Source: an uncultured virus (IMG/VR IMGVR_UViG_3300031539_000018) (Duplodnaviria > Heunggongvirae > Uroviricota > Caudoviricetes). From it: DNA of 20,000 bases. Every line of letters starts with the position of its first letter. Within the stretch, counting starts at the first letter, position 1. Under the pieces are notes generated by a model, which was given only the letters and a program-made list of their open reading frames with translations, made no database searches and had not been told where the DNA came from. Position numbers and translations under genes: made by a program. The stretch is from positions 49,346 through 69,345 of IMG/VR virus record IMGVR_UViG_3300031539_000018; one strand, written 5' to 3'. Shown here in pieces: positions 16,520-20,000 of this stretch.

Positions 16520-16714
16520 ATGAATGAGCAGGTTGTGTTCAACCGGGAAGTTGATAACGTGCTTTATGATGCCGCTGGTTGTCCCAGAGACCCCGACGTT
16601 TACCCTGACAGCCCTGAGGGGCGGGCCGAGCTGGCCCGGTGTCAGGAGGCCGAAGTCTTGGGCGTGGACCCGTCCACGCTGGACCTGCTGGGCTCCGGCC
16701 AGTTGGGGTTGTGA
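16520..16714 (+). CDS. Small hypothetical protein
   Basis: AGGAGGT RBS directly after the promoter motif. Confidence 0.6.
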   Translation: MNEQVVFNREVDNVLYDAAGCPRDPDVYPDSPEGRAELARCQEAEVLGVDPSTLDLLGSGQLGL

Positions 16715-16725
16715 GCTGTGAGTAT

Positions 16726-16837
16726 GGGGGCGGCGGTAGCTCAATAGGCAGAGCACGGACGGATGGGTGAGCGATGACGTCTAGCAAAACCCCGGGAAAG
16801 CCGCGTTGTGGGTTCGATCCCCACCCAGCCCGCCCCC
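16726..16837 (+). ncRNA. tRNA-like element or pseudo-tRNA with expanded anticodon arm
   Basis: TA-GCTC-AATAGGCA-GAGC D arm; GTGGG-TTCGATC-CCCAC T arm; closing stem GGGGGCGG/CCGCCCCC; 42 nt between CGG and CCG; no CCA. Confidence 0.75.
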
Positions 16838-16876
16838 TTTTCATCGGAAGGCAAGCAAATTAGACAGGAGGCAAAC

Positions 16877-17263
16877 ATGTCGGACAAACCGAAAGCGGGA
16901 AGCGCGAAACTGGCTGAGATGCCGTCGGCGGTGATTCCGCCCGTCAAGGTGGTCAAGGAGTTCCCATTCACCTTGCGGTCCCTGACGCTCAAGGATGTGA
17001 CAAAGTTACCGGGGGCGCAGCGGTACTCCTCCAGGGAGTTCGGGGTACCTTATGCCACGGTGGACTTGGACTGGCCGGGTACCGTCAAGGTCACGGAGAA
17101 CGAGGACCCCTTGGTGGAGCTGGCTGAGGGGATCCGGAAGCTCATGCTCTGGCTCCAGGGCACAGGCACGGAGATGGGTCGTGAGATCATGGCGAGCATT
17201 GGGGTCGATCAGGCCCAGGCGCAGATTGATGATGTGCCTGTTCGGGACCTAAAAGAGATATAA
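16877..17263 (+). CDS. Hypothetical protein
   Basis: AGGAGG RBS before ATG 16877. Confidence 0.75.
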   Translation: MSDKPKAGSAKLAEMPSAVIPPVKVVKEFPFTLRSLTLKDVTKLPGAQRYSSREFGVPYATVDLDWPGTVKVTENEDPLVELAEGIRKLMLWLQGTGTEMGREIMASIGVDQAQAQIDDVPVRDLKEI

Positions 17264-17273
17264 GGGGGGAGAT

Positions 17274-18326
17274 ATGGCAAAGGTACAGGATACAGAGAGT
17301 AGCGATTTCGACCGAGTACCGAAGGGTGAATACATCGCTTTCTTCGCGGGCTTCGTGCCCCGTGACGAGGACACGATGAGGCCCCGGATCATCCAGGTTG
17401 ATGAGTGGAAGGACAACGTGAAGACGGGGGACAAATCGCCTGCCATACTGTGGAGCTTTCAGATCATCTACCCGGAAGAACATCGTGGTGAGGAGCCTAC
17501 CGGCAAGACGCCCTGGAAGGCACTGCGGGTTGTCCAGAACGAGCAGAATGAGAATATCCTACAGGTGGACCGTGTGGGCAGTTGGATCGCCAACATCGTC
17601 AGGTGGTCCGAGATTTGTGGTGTGGATTGGCAGGCTGACCTTGGGAGTAGCCTACCCGACGCCGGGCAGATTACCGACCAGATGATTGTGGAGGCCCTGG
17701 AGTCTGCCCTTCTGAATCATGCCCGTGTAGGCGTTCGCGTGGTCATCAAGATAGGTGAAAGCGGTTACGTGGATACCAAAGACCACAATAGCGACTGTGT
17801 GATGCCGCTGGCTGCTGGACCTGCGGCCAAGAAGGTCGAAGGTATCGAGTACAAGGTGCCGGACTACTACGGCAAGGCTGCGGGCGGCATGGGGTCTGTA
17901 GAGGCCGGGTCTTGGTCTGATGAGGACCTGGACGTTATGCGGGTTCACATCCGGCAAGTTCTGCACCCGGCCCTGATTACAGGCGAGGCGGTATTGACCC
18001 TTGAGGAGGCCAAAGACAAGCGGTGGCTGGCCCTGGCGATATCCACGGGCGGTGCGGACTATGCCTTGCGGGCACAGACCTTTGCTGACACTATGGTCGA
18101 AGGGGGCTTTGACGCCGTGAAGACTAACTTGCTGATTGGGCTGATTAGCGTGGTCACAGGTCATCCGGTGAAGGAGCGCATCGTGGATTTCCTGGCCCCG
18201 CCGCAGTTGGAGGCTGCCGTGGAGCACCTGACGTCCCTGGCTCGGTCCTTGGGCAAGGAGGTCCCGGACCCGCCAGCATTGTCGCAGGATAGCCCTGATG
18301 AGGACGAAGGGGAGATACCCTTCTGA
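17274..18326 (+). CDS. Putative phage single-stranded DNA-binding protein (DUF669-like N-terminus)
   Basis: DFDRVPKGEY N-terminal motif and acidic SSB-type tail DEDEGEIPF; near dnaB. Confidence 0.6.
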   Translation: MAKVQDTESSDFDRVPKGEYIAFFAGFVPRDEDTMRPRIIQVDEWKDNVKTGDKSPAILWSFQIIYPEEHRGEEPTGKTPWKALRVVQNEQNENILQVDRVGSWIANIVRWSEICGVDWQADLGSSLPDAGQITDQMIVEALESALLNHARVGVRVVIKIGESGYVDTKDHNSDCVMPLAAGPAAKKVEGIEYKVPDYYGKAAGGMGSVEAGSWSDEDLDVMRVHIRQVLHPALITGEAVLTLEEAKDKRWLALAISTGGADYALRAQTFADTMVEGGFDAVKTNLLIGLISVVTGHPVKERIVDFLAPPQLEAAVEHLTSLARSLGKEVPDPPALSQDSPDEDEGEIPF

Positions 18327-18336
18327 TAGGGGGATT

Positions 18337-18370
18337 GGGGCAGGTGGCCGATAGGGCCGCCTGCCCCTTT
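18337..18370 (+). terminator. Probable intrinsic terminator
   Basis: 13-bp stem GGGGCAGGTGGCC/GGCCGCCTGCCCC followed by only TTT, just after the SSB-like stop. Confidence 0.6.
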
Positions 18371-18380
18371 GGAGGATGAC

Positions 18381-18584
18381 ATGGCCTTTCCTTGTGATGA
18401 CTGCCAGTGCAATCTTGGTCAGCGATATGCTGAGTGCAGTAAGGGGTACGATCCGCAGTATGGTGACTGCCCGCCAGAGGAGCGGGTTCCATACGAGAGC
18501 TATCATGGTTTCAGTGAGCAGGCTTTGGAGGCTGGGGATTACCGCGGTCACCTGGAAAGGGATGATGGGGGCTACAGGGAATGA
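18381..18584 (+). CDS. Small Cys-containing hypothetical protein
   Basis: GGAGG RBS; CDDCQC; ATGA overlap with next gene. Confidence 0.6.
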   Translation: MAFPCDDCQCNLGQRYAECSKGYDPQYGDCPPEERVPYESYHGFSEQALEAGDYRGHLERDDGGYRE

Positions 18585-18847
18585 GCGATAGACAGTTGCG
18601 AGAGGCAATGCGCTATGTTCGTCGTGATAACTTGACAGAGTATAGCGGCTTACGGGTTATTGAAAAAGCCCTTGCCGATGACCCCGACGTGGTGGTGCTC
18701 GCCAAGGAACTGATAAGTGGGCATACCTTGATGGATGAAGAGGGCGGTATGTGGGTCAACTTAGAGTATGACATTCTACTAGGCATTCTTGAGGTTCAGT
18801 TCCACGTCCGCCTCACCGACGACGGGGGCTATGAGTATACGGAATGA
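18581..18847 (+). CDS. Hypothetical protein
   Basis: ATGA coupling at both ends. Confidence 0.7.
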   Translation: MSDRQLREAMRYVRRDNLTEYSGLRVIEKALADDPDVVVLAKELISGHTLMDEEGGMWVNLEYDILLGILEVQFHVRLTDDGGYEYTE

Positions 18848-19053
18848 AACAGATACTCCAGTACAGGCATCGCTATCGGGATTACTGGCGCAGACAGCCG
18901 GAGGAGTGGTGGCTAGCTCGCTTGATGCAGGAGGTTGGAGAACTAGCCGACACGATGACAGGTGAGACGGGTGATACCAGGAATCACGAGCTTCGTCAGA
19001 TAGCCTCCATCTGCATCAACTGGCTAGACATGCGGGGGGAGTGGACGGAATGA
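18844..19053 (+). CDS. Minimal MazG-like NTP pyrophosphohydrolase-fold protein
   Basis: LMQEVGELA...HELRQIASICINWL matches the phage MazG-like EExGE...ELxQxAxV pattern. Confidence 0.65.
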   Translation: MKQILQYRHRYRDYWRRQPEEWWLARLMQEVGELADTMTGETGDTRNHELRQIASICINWLDMRGEWTE

Positions 19054-19169
19054 CTACCCGCCTAACGCCTAAACAGATCATCAGGGCTATTCTGATTGGC
19101 CTCGGCCAGTGGCTGCAACTGCTCGGGGCGCTGGTGAGGAGGGAGAGAGCATGGACAAGATGCCCGTAA
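19050..19169 (+). CDS. 39-aa hydrophobic peptide (not in ORF track)
   Basis: ATGA overlap; MTTRLTPKQIIRAILIGLGQWLQLLGALVRRERAWTRCP. Confidence 0.45.
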   Translation: MTTRLTPKQIIRAILIGLGQWLQLLGALVRRERAWTRCP

Positions 19170-19894
19170 CTCAGAGTTGGATTGAGCAGATATTTGAGCA
19201 GCAGATTGATTGGGACGTAGACTGTCCTAACGCCTGCTTCGTGAGTGGCGAGTTTGTAAATGCTATCGCCGCCCAGCACGAGCAGGAGGTTACTGAAGCA
19301 CGCAAGCACACCTGGAAGGAGGCAGAGGCGCACTTTGCCCCCTATGTCGCAGCCGATGATGCGTCCTTTAGGTTGTTTGAGCAATATAGTGAGGGCGGTG
19401 GACTGACGCCAGCCGAGACGCTAGAGAAGGTTGCGGAAGTGCTTGGCAATCTATGCAACGCGCTTGCAGAACAGATAGACAGGGCGGTGGCCGCCGAGGA
19501 GGAGAACGCCGAGTTGGTGGCGCGGGCGGCGGTGATGAGTGAGGCGTTGGGGTTCGTCAGGAATGCAATTGGACAGGCGTGGAAGGCCGACCGAGAACTA
19601 CGTGACCGAGGAGGTATACTGGCAGAGCAGTTTGCCCAAGTAATTGACGCGTTGGGTAGTTGCTCGGAAAGGGCAGAGCAGGCCCTCTCTGCTGCACCGA
19701 AGGTGTGGCGGGTGAAGGGTAGGACGAGCAAATACTATGACCTAGAAGTCGTGGCAGACGATGCGCCAGAGGAGTTTCGACAACTGCTCATTGGGCGGGG
19801 TATGTTCGCTGCTTGGGATGTCATAGTGTGTCCACCCAAGGGCGAACAGCCCCCAGAGAGCGAACAGGGCAAGGAGGAGAGAGAGGATGGATAA
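19151..19894 (+). CDS. Hypothetical coiled-coil protein
   Basis: GGAGGGAG RBS before ATG 19151; Ala/Glu-rich helical sequence. Confidence 0.7.
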   Translation: MDKMPVTQSWIEQIFEQQIDWDVDCPNACFVSGEFVNAIAAQHEQEVTEARKHTWKEAEAHFAPYVAADDASFRLFEQYSEGGGLTPAETLEKVAEVLGNLCNALAEQIDRAVAAEEENAELVARAAVMSEALGFVRNAIGQAWKADRELRDRGGILAEQFAQVIDALGSCSERAEQALSAAPKVWRVKGRTSKYYDLEVVADDAPEEFRQLLIGRGMFAAWDVIVCPPKGEQPPESEQGKEEREDG

Positions 19895-20000
19895 GGGATG
19901 GGATAAGGAATGGGTTGAGAAGACCATCAGGGAGAAACGAAGATGGGTCACGCTCTCCCTAGTCGAGGGGACACAGGACCTTAACTACTCCGAGGCCGCT
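19887..20000 (+). CDS. Hypothetical protein, 3' truncated by window
   Basis: AGGAGGAG RBS; MDKGWDKEWVEKTIREKRRW..., open to the window edge. Confidence 0.6.
   Translation, partial: MDKGWDKEWVEKTIREKRRWVTLSLVEGTQDLNYSEAA

Noticed and set aside
16779..16785. CTA in the tRNA-like insert as an amber suppressor anticodon, implying TAG recoding
   Set aside because: No canonical 7-nt anticodon loop can be drawn, and many genes end at TAG followed by a sensible RBS and start.
18561..18847. Two adjacent small genes both ending in DDGGY...E
   Set aside because: The similarity is short and plausibly imposed by the G-rich RBS and ATGA coupling of the next gene.

Overview
GC-rich segment of a phage, prophage or phage-like element, covering an early/replication region. 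All credible genes are on the + strand, tightly packed, with ATGA/GTGA overlaps and GGAGG ribosome-binding sites. No structural genes, integrase or cas1/cas2/Cascade genes were recognised. Left to right: the 3' end of an N6/N4 DNA methyltransferase; YkgJ-like, sulfotransferase-like and exostosin/GT47-like genes; a consensus sigma70 promoter (3032-3060) ahead of many small hypothetical and Zn-finger genes; a MoxR-type AAA+ ATPase and a DUF2201-VWA partner flanking a Gp37/Gp68 (DUF5131) gene; an HTH protein; a TnpA-less TnpB with intact RuvC motifs followed directly by a 5-repeat CRISPR-like array; then DnaB helicase, Gam-like, SSB-like and MazG-like genes. The main candidate system is promoter, pseudoknotted leader RNA, tnpB, omegaRNA-like scaffold and mini-array (12938-14624), in which the repeat 3' end (ATTCG) mirrors the putative scaffold end. 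Two more candidate non-coding RNAs were found: a variant type II hammerhead-like ribozyme (4271-4340) and a tRNA-like element with an expanded anticodon arm (16726-16837). All protein calls come from motif recognition by eye; no database searches were run.
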